A stretch of DNA of 8,424 nucleotides from Zygophlyctis sp. KS116 (Eukaryota > Fungi > Chytridiomycota). Numbering within the stretch: position 1 is the first letter of the stretch; each line of letters begins with the position of its first letter. This document shows, piece by piece, positions 8,081 to 8,424 of this stretch. Position numbers and translations under genes: made by a program. The stretch lies in the NCBI GenBank assembly GCA_054661495.1, contig BAAFSQ010000379.1:1-8424 (forward strand), read 5' to 3'. The notes under the pieces were generated by a model. The model worked only from the letters and a program-made list of their open reading frames with translations, searched no databases and was not told where the DNA came from.

Positions 8081-8227
8081 ACGCGACACGAAATCGGCGC
8101 GAAATCAATGAATCGTAAAAATTACGTCAGAATCGAAATTTGACCAATCATATTTAATTAAATATTCCGAAATTTGAAAGTTGAAAATTGAAAAAGAAAA
8201 TTTATCGTGAGAGTTGAACTTACGTCA
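8081..8227 (-). promoter_or_regulatory. Putative promoter of the DUF3987-like gene
   Basis: Motifs read on the + strand: ACGCG 8081-8085, CACGAAA 8087-8093, GGCGCGAAA 8096-8104, TTACGTCA 8122-8129 and 8220-8227, CCAAT 8144-8148; all upstream of ATG 8048. Confidence 0.5.
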
Positions 8228-8326
8228 TGAGAAATTTTTTCGGTCCGTTAGGCTCTCTTCACACGTTCTGATGTTGAAAGCTCCTTGAAGAAGATTTTCA
8301 CTGCTAGTAAAGTTATATAATCAACT

Positions 8327-8354
8327 CACTAGGTTATAAGTTATACACCTAGTG
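8327..8354. repeat. Inverted repeat / hairpin
   Basis: CACTAGGT-TATAA-G-TTATA-C-ACCTAGTG: 8-bp outer stem plus inner AT stem. Confidence 0.75.
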
Positions 8355-8424
8355 TCTCCTAACTACGTCGGTAAATAAAAATATGCGTGAGTTTAGCCAA
8401 CCAGTTATTTTTTCTGCAAATTTG

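Larger units (their letters stand above)
4263..8227 (-). mobile_element. Candidate composite MULE-like DNA transposon (transposase plus DUF3987-like gene)
   Basis: Co-oriented genes with the same intron style; degenerate inverted similarity between 4305-4353/4446-4494 and 8135-8186; left edge coincides with the gag truncation. No TSD or exact termini found. Confidence 0.45.

Noticed and set aside
8314-8322. TATATAATC as the inverted partner of GATTATATA (4262-4270), i.e. exact element termini
   Set aside because: A 9-bp AT-rich match is expected by chance, and the flanks show no target-site duplication.
8228-8424. Continuation of the truncated gag or a 5' LTR
   Set aside because: No match to the 368-454 LTR remnant and no convincing gag-like translation.

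Overview
AT-rich eukaryotic transposon cluster with no recognisable host gene. Left to right: (1) a decayed C-terminal piece of a Helitron-type Pif1 helicase (+). (2) A Ty1/Copia LTR retrotransposon (-) with an intact PR-IN-RT-RH pol and a 5'-truncated gag; gag and pol lie in different frames and meet at a CTT-TGA-T 'shifty stop'. (3) A structured non-coding block: two ~108-bp direct repeats, two abutting perfect palindromes and GC hairpins. (4) A decayed Mutator/MULE transposase gene (-). (5) A paralogous zinc-ribbon mini-gene. (6) A decayed DUF3987/YfjI-like P-loop NTPase gene (-) preceded by G1/S-type promoter motifs. Every non-retro gene is split by ultra-short (24-28 nt) GT-AG introns, and removing them restores recognisable protein motifs. 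The MULE and DUF3987 genes may belong to one composite DNA transposon bounded by degenerate inverted repeats. All family calls are motif recognition by eye; no searches were run.
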